A stretch of DNA of 64,000 bases from Podarcis liolepis (Eukaryota): the NCBI GenBank assembly GCA_965112155.1, contig OZ218104.1; one strand, 5' to 3'. The notes beneath the pieces were generated by a model that saw only the letters and a program-made list of their open reading frames with translations, searched no databases and was not told the origin of the DNA. Position 1 is the stretch's first letter, and the number at the start of each line of letters is the position of its first letter. The translations under genes were made by a program, and so were the position numbers. Positions 24,061-38,000 of the stretch are shown in pieces.

Positions 24061-27000
24061 CTGTGCGGCAGGGAGGAAGAGAGAGAAACAAGTTCCAGGT
24101 TTAAGAGACCCTCGTCAGATACACCACCAGTCCTCAAATACAACCACATTCATCTACCTGGGAAGCCTGTTTGTAGGTGGATGCTCCCTCCAAGGAGCAG
24201 TCTTTGTGCTTTTGTCAGCCCAACCTTCTTGCAGCCAGTGACACAGAAAAGGGCTTGGCTACTCTTTTGTAGTTCTCCAGCTGCTCTGGACTACAACTCC
24301 CATCATCCCTTGCTGCTGCTTTGATGATGGAGGCCAGCAATAACTGCAGGGCCCCCAAAGGCTCCCCAAGGAGTTCATCCGTTGTGGCAAGAGAATTCAT
24401 TGCCTTCAACTGGTCACACCAAAATAATGATTTCAAAATACTGGTTTGGTTTTTTTAATAGTGGTGAGAGTTCTGCCAGTAATGGACTGTTAATACACTG
24501 ACCTTTATATTATAGAATATATATTCTTATTTAAAATTATACCCCTACTTTCCCCTTCCACAAGGGTGTTGCTCTTGTGGTTTTACAAATATGAAGCTGG
24601 AAGTGAGCCAGCCATTAAAAACTCAAATGATTGAAGTAGTTAAAAGGCAATATTTGCAATCAGGTCAAAAGAGCAAGAGAATCAAAAAACTCATTTAAAA
24701 AGTTTTCAATTGCTAGTAGAACACAAATCAAGAGGGGAACAGGGCAAAGCGTTCCACGTAAAGGGAGCCACCACCGAGAAAGCTCTCCCCCATGTGGTGC
24801 CACCAGCATTGCAGTCACTAGCCTGGTGCCCTTCAGATGTTTTCTGCAAGTTTTGGCTGGAGCTCTCAGCACATGCCATCCAGCCTTCAAGGCTCCCCTG
24901 CTTTTAACCTTCCGCCTGATGCAGAAAGACAGTGCTTTGTTTGAGAGCCTCTCTGCTCCATACCTGAATCCACCATGATGTCCTCATCATCTGCACTGCC
25001 GTCCTCGTCGCGGAACACCACTTGCTTCCCCTGCCGGATGATGGTGCGCTTGCCCACCGTCTGAACCAGGCACGGAGCCTCTGGTGGGGCCGCTGGCAGG
25101 CCCGAGGCACTGGAGAGCGAGTCCGAATCCCATGCCGAACAGCGGCCCGTGGAGGAGTGGGCATCGCCTTCGGAAGAGGGGCTCGTGGGCGCCTGCGCGT
25201 AGGACTCCTCCCCTCCCAGCACCTCCCTCCGCTTCAGCTTCCTCTTCCTCCTGAGCCCCATTTTCTTCCTGCCCAGCAGGAAGCCCTGTGGCTTTGCCCA
25301 CTGGTAGAGGGAGGTGTAAGCTTTCCGATGTGTCAGCTGGCTGAAACTCTTCTGTGCTTTCCCGGACAAGGAGAGGGCAGAGGGGAGCCTCGCTTCACCC
25401 ACATCCCCACTGTCGCTGTCGATGGTGCCCCCGGTGCTGTTGGGTGGGCTGGGGGCGCTCCGCACAGAAGGGTCCTGCAGAAAGAGGAATCAGTTTCACA
25501 GAGGCTGCATGCCTTCTAAGTGGAAGCTGCAACTGGGCCCAGCACCCAAACAATTGTTTTAAATTGCACCTGTACCATTTCACAAAACTGCAAAGTTGGA
25601 AGGGACCCCCCCAAGGGCCATCTAGTCCAGCCCCCTGCAGTGCAGGAATCTCCACTCTTTTGCCTGCATTTTGACACTACAGCTGGTCCGTTTGGACATT
25701 CAGGGTGGACAGAACAGAAGGGCTGTAGATCAGCCTTTCCCACTTCCCTATCAGTGCAGGTGTAGCCAACATGGGGCTATCCAGGGGTTTCGGACCACAA
25801 CTCCCATCAGTACAGCTACATGATGGCCCATGGGGGCTGATGGGAATTGTAGTCCAAAATGCCTGGAGGGCACCAGGTTGGCAAAGGCTGCCAATCTGCA
25901 TAACAACAAAAAAGCACCTCCTGACATTTCATCCCACAAACGCATCCTAATCCCCAGGCAGCATTTCAAAGGCATTTTGCACACACACACACACACACAA
26001 AATTAGCTTTCCCTAGCTCACTGCTTCCTCCCCCGATTGTCGCCCTCCGGAGACGATTCTCCCCTACCCTCCCCCCAATGAACCGGAGTCTGCCAGGGTC
26101 CCGAAACCCAGAAAGCCTTTGGGGGAGAGAACACCCACTCTTGCACAGCAGCGTAGCAGCATCTTGGGAAGCAGAGCCCGCCCCTCCCCTCCCCCCCCGC
26201 CCCGATTATCCAGCTGCACCGAAGGCAGCCTCCACCTCGCACTCCGACGTCCATACCTCTTGCGGGTAGGGGATGTACCCCGCGTAGGCCAAGACGAATG
26301 TGCAAAACTTGTTGAAGTCCTCCACCGTGCGGCATCGTTTGGATCCGGGAGAAAAAACCTGCAAGGAGGGAGGAAGAGGCGGGCGTAACCACTAGGGGCG
26401 TCAGCCACGGACTCGAAGAGGGCAGGGCCAGCGAGGTGCCACTCGGAGAGCGAAAAAGCGGGGGGGGGGCGTTGAGAAAAACTTTGCTAAAGGGAGGGGT
26501 CACTGGTTGAGGAGCTGCAGGGGAGGGGACCCCCACTTTTGCAAGCACCCCTTTAAAGCGCCGCGCCACATTGCAGACTTTTGCCCATTCCCCACCCCCT
26601 GCCATCACAATAATTGGGCAATGCCCGGTGGAGGGGGGGCGGGGAGGTTTCTTCTGGAGGGGAGCCTGCTTCTTTGTTGGGATTAGGAGTGAGGGTCAGG
26701 CATGGGGAGGGGGCAACCGGTTGCCCAACAAGCCGAATCCCAACCGGCCCTGGGCGGCGGTGGCAATCACACCCCAGGGTGCTGATGAAGGACCAGAGAA
26801 GGATCGCACCCTTTAAAGAAGGAAGGGGAGAACAGTGGCCGAGGAAGGCTTGAAAAGGTGTGCTGGAGGAGGGGGGTGAGATTTAAATGGAGAAAAAAGA
26901 AGCTCCGGACACCCCCTCAACACTGCCACGCCTTCCCCCTCTCCCACCCACGTACATCCAACCTCAAGCGAGAGACCCAGTTCTGCGCGGAGGGGGGGCG

Positions 27001-27251
27001 GTGGATGGGGGTGTCCTGAACTGGGGCTGGGGGCGGGTAGAAGGCTTGGAGAAGGATGAAGAGAAAGCGGGGGGACGAAACGAAACTGAGATAGGGGGGA
27101 GATAGGAGAAAGTGGGGCTTCTGGGGGGTATATATGCGGTAGGGGGGGTTGGGAGGGGGCGGGACTCCTTGTACCCCATCACTGGGGGGGAGGGCAAGGG
27201 GGCACTTCTCACCTCGGGGGGTGGCGGGGAAGCGCAGGAGTCCGAATCCAT
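23834..27251 (-). CDS. PHF13: PHD finger protein 13 (SPOC1), complete, 4 coding exons, 292 aa
   Basis: Exons of 39+102+511+227 = 879 nt. MDSDSC start, [23 protein letters not shown] motif, C-terminal PHD finger [41 protein letters not shown]. Confidence 0.97.
24964..25474 (-). CDS. PHF13: PHF13 exon 3 (511 bp)
   Basis: ctgcag|[21 protein letters not shown]...[18 protein letters not shown]...DIMVDS|gtatgg. Confidence 0.94.
25757..25890. mobile_element. Older palindromic hAT-type MITE
   Basis: CAG...GCCAAC / GTTGGC...CTG ends with an internal ACAACTCCCATCA / TGGGAATTGTAGTCC pair. Confidence 0.65.
26257..26358 (-). CDS. PHF13: PHF13 exon 2 (102 bp)
   Basis: ttgcag|[34 protein letters not shown]|gtatgg. 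Confidence 0.95.
27213..27251 (-). CDS. PHF13: PHF13 exon 1, coding part
   Basis: ATG at 27251; [13 protein letters not shown]|gtgaga. Confidence 0.93.
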
Positions 27252-27254
27252 GGC

Positions 27255-27620
27255 TGGCAGGCTGGGTGGGATCAGAGGACCGAGCGAGGAGGAGGAGGAG
27301 GAGGAGGCGGCGGCGCCTCCCGGGACCGGCAACGGGGGAGGGAGCCGAAGCCCCGCCCCGCCCGCCCCAGTGGGGAGGAGCCTCATTGTCTGGCGGTAGC
27401 ACTGCGCCTGCGCCGCTCGCATGGCAAGCCGGGAATCGTAGTCCTTGCGCTCTACCGAGAGATCACCCAGTGGAGAGCAAGGAGGCGGAGAAGAAGGGAG
27501 AGGACGGGCAGACGCGCGTCAGTCCCTTGGCTCGCTTCTGCCTTGTGACACTCACCCGGAAGCTTGGCACCTTTTAAGGGATCCTGGTGGGCAATTTCCC
27601 AGTCGGGGTTTGGGAGGCAC
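27255..27620 (-). promoter_or_regulatory. PHF13 CpG-island promoter and 5' UTR
   Basis: CpG-rich. GC boxes near 27350-27368, NRF1-like TGCGCCTGCGC at 27403-27413, ZNF143/THAP11-type ACTACGATTCCCGGCTTGC on the minus strand within 27419-27444, ETS-like CCGGAAG near 27557. Confidence 0.7.
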
Positions 27621-29880
27621 TGGAAGTTCGCAGGAAGTCTTGCAAGGTTTTTGTTTTGTACACTTGAGGTCGTAATTCATTGCGTTTCAGGACACTCCGC
27701 AATAACTGGAAGCCCTTTCAGAGGTCCCTGTAATTCTTTTGTGTGCGTGTGTCTATAAACTTTTAAAAATAAGATTTGCAAATGCAACAAACAAAACATC
27801 AAACTAAATAATAAAAACAAAAGGGGTAAAAGTGCAAAGTAAAATTTAAAAAACGTTTTGCAAAGACCTAATAGCGTAAAATATGTTCCATGATAAGATG
27901 CATGGTTCATACAGAATTTATACCAAAATATATTAGCTGTTCATAGATGTTGCTGGATAAAATCATATTTAGTATGAATATACCAACCATGAGATTGTTT
28001 GGTCATAAAAATCACAGAACAGTTCCCAGACTGATGCAAAGCCTGAGCGGGTTGCATAGCCTCTGGTGGCACACAAGGTGGTTCAGTTTTTCAGAAGCAG
28101 CAATAAGCATGCCTTTTTAAATACATGAATCCAAAGAATAACAAAATGGGTCCTTCCATCCTTGAGAGATCAGTAGAGGAAACCAGCAGATATAGAGTTA
28201 ATTGAACCTTATGCTTTTGTGGGTTTTTGATGGCGTTAATGCAGGTCATCTGCCAACAAGTGACTCCTGATTGTTACATTAATGGGACCCAGCAGCAGTG
28301 CCAGGGATTGTCTTAAAGGCCCTGGCAGTGTGGCCAAGCACCTTCCCTTTGTTAAGGAGATTCCTCTCAATCCCTGGACCACTGCATTTAATTCCCCCCT
28401 CCCCTCTCCCAGTGGGAGACTACAGATCCAGGGTCTGCTGTGTTAATGCCAGCCATTGGGGAATCTGTAAATAAATGCAGATATTGCAAAAAGTGGCCTC
28501 TGCCTACCCATGGGTCTTCTCTGAGTGTGAGTGACATTGGATACTGCCCAATTAAAAAATAAAACAAATATTTTAGAAAAAGTTAATTTAGAATATGCTG
28601 GAAATAATAAAAATAAATAAAATTAAAATAAATTTAAGGAACAGCGGAAAGAGGAGGAAGTCGAGGTTTGAAATGTTACAACTATTGTTAAACTATTGAA
28701 GTGTATATAAATGAAAACTATAAATAAAATTATTTTAAAAACCAAATACTGTATTTCTTTTGGTGTGAGGGGCGGGGAGGGAAATACTGGTAGTACTAAA
28801 AGCACAGCAAATGGAAACTGCCCAGCTGAGGAAAGCAAACGTCTCTGCTGCAAAGTTTTTCTGGGATGTTTACAGCCACGGGATCTGGCCTGGTGTGCTT
28901 TATATAAGCAGCTGACATGGTTATGTGCTGATCAGCAGTTGCAGATCCGAGAGAAGCAGTGTCCTTGCAACAGAGGAGGCCTTTGTGAGAGAAAACACTC
29001 AGGCTATGACTGGAGAGCTTCAGCACAACATTCTTGCAGTGCGCTGCTCAGATGCTGAGGCCCCAACTCGAACCAGGCATCTTTGGAAGCTCCATGGCAA
29101 AGGTGTGCCCTGCTTAGGACCAAGAGGTCACCAAGTTTGTGCAACTGAAATAATAAGTCATGTTTTGCCATTTACCCTACTGCAATCTTCTCACTTGCTG
29201 GGGTGAATTTTTGATTGTAACCCCATATTTGGTGCTGGGAAGAAAAGGTACCAGATCTTAATAAAGCAGTGTTGTTGCAGTAGGTGGGGGTATTGGGAAA
29301 ACCCATTAACAATTTGCGTTTGTTTTTAGTTCTGAGGAGAGGGGTTTCGCAGCCTCTGTAAGTGTGCAAGTGTCCTAGTTTGTCAAATAATAATGGATGC
29401 ATGCATGCATGCATGTGAACAGGAGTTGTTTATCCCCCTTTCTTTTGGCACTATAAAGAAGTGCTTGACTGCTTAAGTTGTTGCTTTTTGGAGAGGGCAC
29501 ACCTGAGTGCACCTGGAATGAGATGCACTTGAGTTATTGCACCACCAGACTATGGAGCTGTGAAGTCCTACGCTTAGGAACCAGATCCACTAATTCCCCA
29601 TGATGGGGGATATCCAGCTAAGTCACTCTCTGGGTATGACTTACTTGGCGTCACCCACTATATTTAGAACAGGGGTGTTAGTGACTAATTCTTTATTGCA
29701 TCATAATCTTCTGCATGAATCAGAATGTGAAAGAGTGGTGAAACGGGCCCTTTCCTAGGAAAGTCCACGAGGCCTTGCCTCACGTTTATTTGGGAGTCCG
29801 CCTCACTGAGTTCAAAGGGAGTTACTCCCAAAACAAGACTGGCCCAACCCCTGCTCACTCAGTGGCTTGTTTCTTTAGAA

Positions 29881-30131
29881 CAGGGGTAGGCAACTTAAGG
29901 CCCAGGTGCCGGATCCGGCCCAATCGACTTCTCAGTCTGGCCCGCGGATTATCCGGGAGTCAGCGTGTTTTTACATGAGTAGAATGTGTCCTTTTATTTA
30001 AAATGCATCTATGGGTTATTTGTAGGGCACAGGAATTTGTTCATTCCCCCCCCAAAAAATATAGTCTGGTCCACCACACGGTCTGAGGGATGGTAGACTG
30101 GCACACGGCTGAAAAAGGTTGCTGACCTCTG
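29881..30131. mobile_element. hAT non-autonomous element
   Basis: TIR CAGGGGTAGGCAAC / GTTGCTGACCTCTG; perfect 8-bp TSD CTTTAGAA. Confidence 0.85.
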
Positions 30132-30509
30132 CTTTAGAACGTTAATAAGCAACTTTGTACTCGGAAAAATCTCGAAGGAGCATACAAGAACTAAATATAT
30201 TAAAAATCTACAATATATAAAATAAATACAGTAAAATAAAATCACGAGGGAACTGTAGCTGTTACCACAGAGCCTGACCTTATGCACGTTCACTAGGGAG
30301 TGAGTTGTGCAGACTGTGAACATAATATTAAATGAGCCAGCTGGATGAGGCCAGTGGTCCATCTAGTCCAGGATTCTGTTCTGGCAGGGGCCACCAAGAT
30401 GCCACCTTCTTGGAAACCCCAGCATAAAGTCACTCCCCCTTCCTGCGGTTTCCAGCAAGAAGCATTCAGAAACATTACAGCCTTAGGAGTATTAGAGCCA
30501 TCGTGACTA

Positions 30510-32090
30510 GTAGCCACGCAGCGGGTAGCTATGATGTCCCGAGCAGCTATGCAAGGAGGGCTGTCGCCAGGCGCATCCCGCTAGCTTTTCCCTTGGGCCT
30601 TCTTCCTGCGCACCCACGAGCCTTTCAGAGTTAGCGAAGGTTCAGGTGGAGGCTGAAAGGCGGCGCCGCCACTGGGGAAGGCTCCAAGCAATTTGCTTTT
30701 ACGTCCAGCCGAAAGTCTGTGGCCTTTCGCTTGGAGCTAGCGGGCTCCCCCTCTCCAGAGCCCAGGCTTGCCCCTTTCCCGGGGCTGAAGCGAGAGAGGC
30801 ACCCCCCTCGCCGGTTCCCCTTGGAGGCAGGAGGGCGGCAGCGAGGAGCCTGGCGTTCTCCAAAGCTGCTTGGAGACTGAGAGCGGCGCCCCTCGCAGCC
30901 AGCCAGCCAGCCAGGCGCGCCGTCGTCGCCCTTCGGAGGAGGCGGAGCGCGCGCAGGAACGGCGCCAGTCCAGGCGAGGGAGGAGCCGGCCGAGGGGTGC
31001 GCGGAGGCGTCGGGCAGCAGTCAGACTCAGCGGCGGGCGAGAATGGAGCCGACGACGGGCGAAGAGGCAACAGCGGAGGAGGCGGCGCACGCGTCGGCGC
31101 TGCTCCGGGCCCTGTGCGCGCTACGGGCGGAGCGGGCGCTGCTGGACGTGACGCTGCTGGCGGGCGGCGGGGAGTTCGGCGCCCACCGGGCAGTGCTGGC
31201 GGCGGCCTCGGGCTACTTCCGCGCCATGTTCGGCGGCGGGCTGCGGGAGGCGCGCGCGGCGCGGGTGCGGCTGCACGGCGTGGAGCCCGAGTGCCTGGCC
31301 CTGCTGCTCGACTTCGCCTACACGGGTCGAGTGGCGTCTCCTGGCGGGCCGGAGCTGGCCGAGCGCCTGCTGCGCGCCGCCGACCTGCTCCAGTTCCCGG
31401 CCGTCAAGGCGGCGTGCGGGGCCTGGCTAGCGGCGCGCCTGGAGCCGGCCGCCGCCCTGGAGATGCAGGAGTTCGGCGAGGCCTTCGCGTGCGCCCCGCT
31501 GGCCGCTGCCGCCCGCCGCTGCGTCCTGCGCCACGCCGCCGAGAGCGAGGGCGAGCTGGCGGCGCAGATGGAGCGCCTCCCGCTGCCGCGGCTGCTCTCG
31601 TACCTGCGCGACGACGCGCTCCGCGTGCCCAAGGAGGAGGCGGCCTTCGAGCTGGCGCTGCGCTGGGTGCGCGCCGAGCCGGCAGCCCGCGCTCCGCTCC
31701 TGCCCCAGCTCCTGGCGCACGTCCGGCTGCCCTTTGTGCGCCGCTTCGCCCTCCTGGCCCACGTCGAGGGCGAGCCGCTGGTGGCCCGCTCCGAGGCCTG
31801 CCTGCGCCTGGTGGCCGAGGCGCGCCTCTTCCAGGCCGGCCGCCTGGACCGCCACGACCGCGCGCCCTGCGCCCGCCTCCGCCCGCGCCCTTCCACCGGC
31901 CTGGCCGAGATCCTCGTCCTCCTCGGCGGCTGCGACCGCGACTGCGACGAGCTCGTCACCGTCGACTGTTTCAACCCCCGCACGGGACACTGGCGCTACC
32001 TGGCTGAGTTCCCCGAGCACCTCGGAGGAGGCTACAGCGCCGCCGCCCTGGGCAATGACATCTATGTCACCGGTGAGCCGGGACGGGAGG
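30510..32090 (+). promoter_or_regulatory. KLHL21 CpG island (promoter plus exon 1)
   Basis: Very high GC and CpG density. Head-to-head with PHF13; start codons about 3.8 kb apart. Confidence 0.75.
31043..32072 (+). CDS. KLHL21: KLHL21 exon 1, coding part
   Basis: agaATGG ... NDIYVT G|gtgagc; BTB, BACK and first kelch repeat. Confidence 0.93.
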
Positions 32091-35000
32091 GCTGCCAGTT
32101 GCTGGAGGGTCCCTAGCCCTGCTTGAAGGAGTTTGCCACAGGGGTGCCCTCTAAAAGCTGCACGAACAGCACCTAAACCACGGAACTCCCGCATGAGGTG
32201 TGATGGCTTTAAGAGAGGATTGGACAGGTTCATGGGGAAACAAGGGTATCCATGGCTACTAGCAACCCTGGCTAGGCTCTGCCTTAAGGGATGGAGGCAG
32301 CAATGCTTCCGAATTTCAGTCGCTGGCCAATAATAAGTGGGGAGAGTGGCAGTTTTTGCTTGGGTCCTGCTTGTGGGCTTTCCATTGGGGCATCTGGTTG
32401 GCCCCTGTGAAAACAGGAGTTGCAACTAAATAGGCCATTGATCAGATACAGCTGTATTGTTCAGTTCTTATTATCTTAAGGGGACCCATGCATATCAGCA
32501 CCTGTCAATTTGCGTCATGGGTCTGTGCCCTAAGGACCTAGCTACCCTCCTGCCCAAACCCTACAGGAAGCTCTTCTCCAGGGTAACAGGCCCCATCTAC
32601 TCTCTCTCCTTTCCCTCTTGTCAATAATGGCCTGTGGCTGAATGTGTTGTACTGTGTTAGGCTGCAGACATATCACTCTTGGGAAGCTTGCAGCTTCCTA
32701 TAAGCATCTGGCTGGTCACTGTGCTTGGCTAAGTGGGCCTGATCCAGCTGCAGGGCTCTTCTGACAATCTTACATGCCTTCTTTAGCTCCAGCGTGTGTG
32801 ACTGATGCTTAGAGATGATGATATGTGTCACCAGCAGCATCTGCCTTTGAGCTTGTGGGGAGCTTCCAGTTTGTTTTGACCTTCCTCCTGGGAAGCTGGA
32901 GAGAGGAGGCTGAACAAGGGGCTCTGTGTGAGTCTCCACACCCCCTTCCTGTTCGTTGCTTTGCAAGTTATTTATAGAGCGGGTGCTAGGAGCCAGCGAG
33001 GGAGACACCTGAGCCGAGACGCCTCTGTGCTCTGCCCCAGCACCAGCCGCCCTCCTGGGAATCTTCCCTGCGGGAGTTCTCCATACAGCTGTCAAAAGAC
33101 ATTAGGAGGATTTTCTCTCATTCCCACCGAGCGGCTGCATTTGGGGCAGACGTTTTCTCCCTCGGCAAAGCCTCCCCCAGTGAACTTTGGGGACCACCAC
33201 AACCCTGCAAACACACACGTGCAGGGCCCAGAAAGGAGCTTTTGTAATTGTAGCTGGCGGCCCCAGTCCCATGCCCACAGCTGATCACTGGGGTGTGCAG
33301 AGGAACAGAGTCTTCCTCTTGGTGGAGAGAAGCCATGAAATCTGCAAGCATGGTTAATGGTTAAGCCCTGTAGACTTCAGACGAAAGATGCAGCTGGTCT
33401 GTGTACAGCACAGGTGAGTCGCCTATGCTCCCATCCCAGCTATTCCTATCCACCCCAACCAAAACAGCTAAAGGTGAGGAATTGATGGGTGCTGTAGTCT
33501 ACAAACACCTGGCGGGTACCACATCTCCATCATAGAATAGAATTGTAGAGTTGGAAGGGATCATGTGGTCCAAATCCTGCCCACAGCCATCCCTGGGTGG
33601 TCTCGAACCACCAACCTTCTGGTTAACAGCCAGGTGCACTGACCCATCGTGCCACAGAAGGGCCATTGGCTCTCCCCAAGCTACAGGTTGGTTCTTGTCA
33701 GAGTCTGAGAGCATCAGACACAGGCCTGAAGCCAATTCTCTTTGCCACAGATGATAGTGGCCGTGTACCCCATTTTCCCTAAGGAAATTAGCGCGCCCCT
33801 TTTTCATTTTTGGGTTTGATAAGAGCCTGGTCTTGCTTGAAGGGATGCTGAGGTGTCTCAGCGAGGGGCATTTGGGCTTGCAAGCAAACATGGGATGCGG
33901 GCAGTTCTCCCCCAATTAAGAAATGCATTCATTGGTGTGTAGCAAAGGGCCTTCACAGATCAAAGTCATGTTCTGCATTCTCCAGGGGAAATACCTCTGC
34001 CCCAAATCTTAGGAGATTTTCTGCTGCTTGTAACAAGGCATGCTTTAACGCAGTACAAAGGAGCTCAATTAGATGGAGCTGTTGCCTTACGTAAGTGAAC
34101 CATTAGGGTGAACCATGTGCCCTGAGCCACAGTCTTGTGTGCGAGTCCTGCATTTTTGGGGGTCAGGCCAGATGACCCCTGGGGTCCCTTCCAACTCTAC
34201 AGGTCTATGATTCCATGCTAATGGGACGCGGTTCTCTGCCCCTAGGAGGTTCCGACGGCTCGAGGCTCTACGACTGCGTCTGGCGCTACAACTCCAGCGT
34301 GAACGAGTGGACGGAGGTGTCTCCCATGCTGAAAGCCCGCGAATACCACAGCTCTGTGGTCCTGGATGGGCTGCTCTACGTGGTAGCTTCCGACAGCACC
34401 GAGCGCTACGACCACACGCTGGACTCCTGGGAGCCCCTGCAGCCCATGCTCTACCCCATGGACAATTGCTCCACCACCGCCTGCCGCGGAAAGCTCTACG
34501 CCACCGGCTCCTTGTCCGGCAAGGAGTCCATGGTCATGCAGTGCTATGACCCCGAGTCGGACCTGTGGTCCCTGGTGAACTGTGGGCAGCTGCCCCCCTG
34601 GTCGTTCGCACCCAAGACCGTCACTCTCAGCGGGCTGATGTATTTTGTCAGGTAAGGGCTGCCTTAGCCGCTGCCATCTCCTTTCGAGATGGGGTGAGGG
34701 TGGGAGCATGCGACCTAGAATTGTAAAAAAAGCCACTCGTCCCACCCACACAATAGCCCCACTAGTTCACAAACAGGGATGTGTCTGCATAGGAGTTTCT
34801 TTGTGGATGTGTTTGATCTCCCTGGAGTTTTTGGAGGGTTGTGGGATGCTGGTCCAGTTATGCAACATCCCAGATTGGGCAGGGGGTGGGAAGGAACTCC
34901 TGCCCCCCCCCATCCCCCTAGAAGGAGTTTTGCTTCATACCTCCCAAGCTCTTTCTGCAGATTAAGTTGGCAAAGCTTAGGGAAGGGAGCTTCGAAGTGC

Positions 35001-38000
35001 CTGTTGCTTCCTAGATGCGGCTTCCTGGTGTCCTTCATCGAGAAGGGCTGTCGTAGGTCAGGTTCCTGCTATCTGAAAGGCACTTGAGTCCTTCAGCCAG
35101 TGATGGGCTGAGCTTGTGATCGAGCGAGGTCTGAAAATAGTTCGGATAAGCTTGTTATCTTTCAAGTTGGCCGAGGGGAGTGGCGAGGAGGGGGGAGGAA
35201 GGAGAAGGGGTCAGCTGTTCCTTTCCTTGTTGGGATTTGGGCACCTGCTCTGTTCAGGTTGCAGTTCACGCTCTGTAGACTTCAGAAATGGGTTCCAGAA
35301 CCAGCTTAAGACCTGATGGATCTTCGCTGTGCCAGGAAACTCCCATCGGTTGAGGAGCCTCCATGTGACTGTAGCTGCCACAGCCCACTCGCAGCCATCG
35401 GTCACCCATTCACTTGCCCAGGCAGGGGCCAGGGACTGCTGCAACTGTGGCCCCTACAGTCACCAAGAGGTTTCCTCTGGTGTGGAGGCTCGTTCGGTTC
35501 CTCCTGTATGAACAGGGGCTGTGGGGGGCTTCCTTGTGACCTTCAGTCTCATTCTTCATCTAGAAGCCAGACAATTTTTATTTTTGTGTGTGGGGGGGTG
35601 TTTGGGGAGGTACAGCATGCTCTTCCCAATGGATGAACAGCTGCGTCATGGGGCCCCAGTGACTTTATAGCTCTGGGGTCCAAATAGGGACTTTCCTGAT
35701 TCTTGGCTCAATCAGGGCCTGTACAAAACCCTCAGAGGGTGCCAGGATGGTGAAACTCGCTTTCGCACGCCTGTCTGGCTTACTATAAGCACTTGGTCCC
35801 TGCAGGGCTCTTTTCTCTCCTGCAGTGCTAGCTTCTGCCTAATTTGGGGGCGGGACATGCACCCCGTTTCCCCAACGTAAAGAAAATCCTTTTTTGAAAT
35901 CAGGAATTGCCCCCTGATCCTGATGCTTGAAATGAATCTTAAGGGGCTTCAATCTTCTGGTGCAGGCAAGGAACGGGAAGCTTGGAATTCCTGCTGCTGA
36001 GATTCATTCTGGCCCATTCCACCCCCCACCCCCCACCCCGTCTCTGCCAGCCCCACTGAGATTTAACAGTTGCTTGCTAAAGTGTTTGGCTGCTCTACTC
36101 CCCAGCAGCAATTGTGCATTCTGCAACCCTCCAGAGCTTGGCTTGAGAAATAGTTCAGATTCCTGCAGAGGCTCCAGAAACATTTTGCAGCTCCCAAAGC
36201 TGACAGGACAGTGACCCTCACCCCCCCTTTCACTTTGCACCCACCTCCCCAAACTTTTCTGCTAAGTGCCACATTTCATTGTAAACATGGTTACCCATCA
36301 AAGTTAAACGAATGCAATTGGCATTCGACATTTGCTGGGATGGGAGGAGGAAGCAGCCCAGGAGAAGGTTCTGAGCCTTTCCGTTTCAGCTGGAAGTTTT
36401 GTGGTAGCCTTGATGGGTTCCCAGCCTGCCATTCTGAGGGTCAGAAAAGCATATTTCTTTTGTCATCGACACCCCTCACCTGTTGCTGTCAGGCTCCCTG
36501 TTTCGTGAACAGAGCAAGGAGACGGGCGTTACGCAACGGCTCGGGAAGCTTCTAGGGTTTCTCCTTTTATCTCCTTCCCCTCCTCCAAAAAAAGATGGGT
36601 GGAAACTGCAGGCAGCTCCTCCTCATCCAAAGTCTAGCTCAGTGGTTCAGGCCACCATCGCCTTGGCTCCATAAACTCATAAACCCCTGTGCTCCCCACC
36701 CTATAAATAGCATTATTCATGCTCCACTAAGGAAGGTAATATAGCAAAATAGCATTCAAAACAGTAGCCATTAATTGTGCATTTATTCATGTTCCAGTTA
36801 AAACTATTGAGCTTCATTAATTCCACATAACTGATAGACTTGATCTAGTGGTACCAGCTTTTCAAAGTCTTGATAGTCTAAAACATCTGGAGGAATGCTG
36901 CTTTTAGAGAGGCTACGGAAAGAGCAGATTTCAAATCTCTGGAAGGCTGGGGGCAAGCAGAGGACAGAGAAAGGAACATTTTTTGCAGATTTGGTGTGTT
37001 TGCACAAAGACATCCTCCTCCCCACCTTCCTCTCCATCAGTCCTACCAACCAGAATCTCTATTTTCTAAGTTGCTCACAAAAGGCCCTGGAAATCTTGAG
37101 ACTTTCTGTGTGTGCGCCAAGCGCTACGAGGTCTGAGTGGATTGGGTCCCCATGCCCCGTTAAGGAATAAAGTAGACACTCAGGGACCGTGCCTTCCCTC
37201 CCATCTGCACGACAAGGCTAGGGGATGTTTGGATCTTCTTCTCGATCACCTCTACTTGATTTCCTTCTGCAGGGACGACTCTGCTGAAGTCGACGTCTAC
37301 AACCCAGCAAAGAACGAATGGGACAAGATCCCTCCAATGCTCCAGGTGAGGGTCTTGCGTCTTTAAAGAGCAGTAATTGGAACTGAAGGGGGAGGAGATT
37401 GAAGAGTCCAGACCAAAGGTGGCAGTGCAGAAAAGCCTTAGCGAGAGAGGGTTGAATTACTGCAATGTGCTTTTTGGGGGGAATCCCTTGCACTTGATCT
37501 GGGAGCTGCAGTTAGTGCAGATTGCTGCAGCCTGGTTGCTGTCAGGAGAGAGACCCTGTCTGCATGTTACGCCCATGCCCATTTGCTTCCAGTTCAAGGC
37601 GTCGCTATTAGAATAGTCAATCAAGATCCTTTATTAGGCATAGCAAACCACACATTATCAAACAGACACCGTATACAAATTGTGCAAAATATGAACTCAA
37701 CATAACAAGGTTTGTCCCAGTCATATCTTTAACTCCAGAGAAAATCAATTTGCATAAATAATACAGCACTACCAAATCATTTTCATTAAAATAGAAAAGC
37801 CTTTTTTAAAGTCCAGCCCACCATTTCAATTCGAAAGGGCATCCAATTGCATCCGAACACAGACAAAAACCTGCTCCTTGATCTCGGGAACCACGCTGCA
37901 CAATTTGGTTTACGATATCTTAAAAGGCTTCCGGAAGCATAGCAAGCAGGCAACCAACCTCCCAAAATGCAGAGTAGATAAGAGATTGCTTGGTTTGTAC

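Noticed and set aside
30646-32425. Long overlapping ORFs (453 aa +, 332 aa -, 221 aa -) over KLHL21 exon 1
   Set aside because: Shadow frames of an extremely GC-rich exon; low-complexity Arg/Ala/Gly/Pro peptides with no recognisable domain.
33588-33661. Functional tRNA-Asn gene
   Set aside because: Mismatched acceptor stem and an attached LINE-derived tail indicate a pseudogene or SINE.
37400-37985. Coding-like sequence in KLHL21 intron 3
   Set aside because: Looks like degraded LINE fragments (an L2-like piece, then an antisense LINE 3' end); family and boundaries not supportable.
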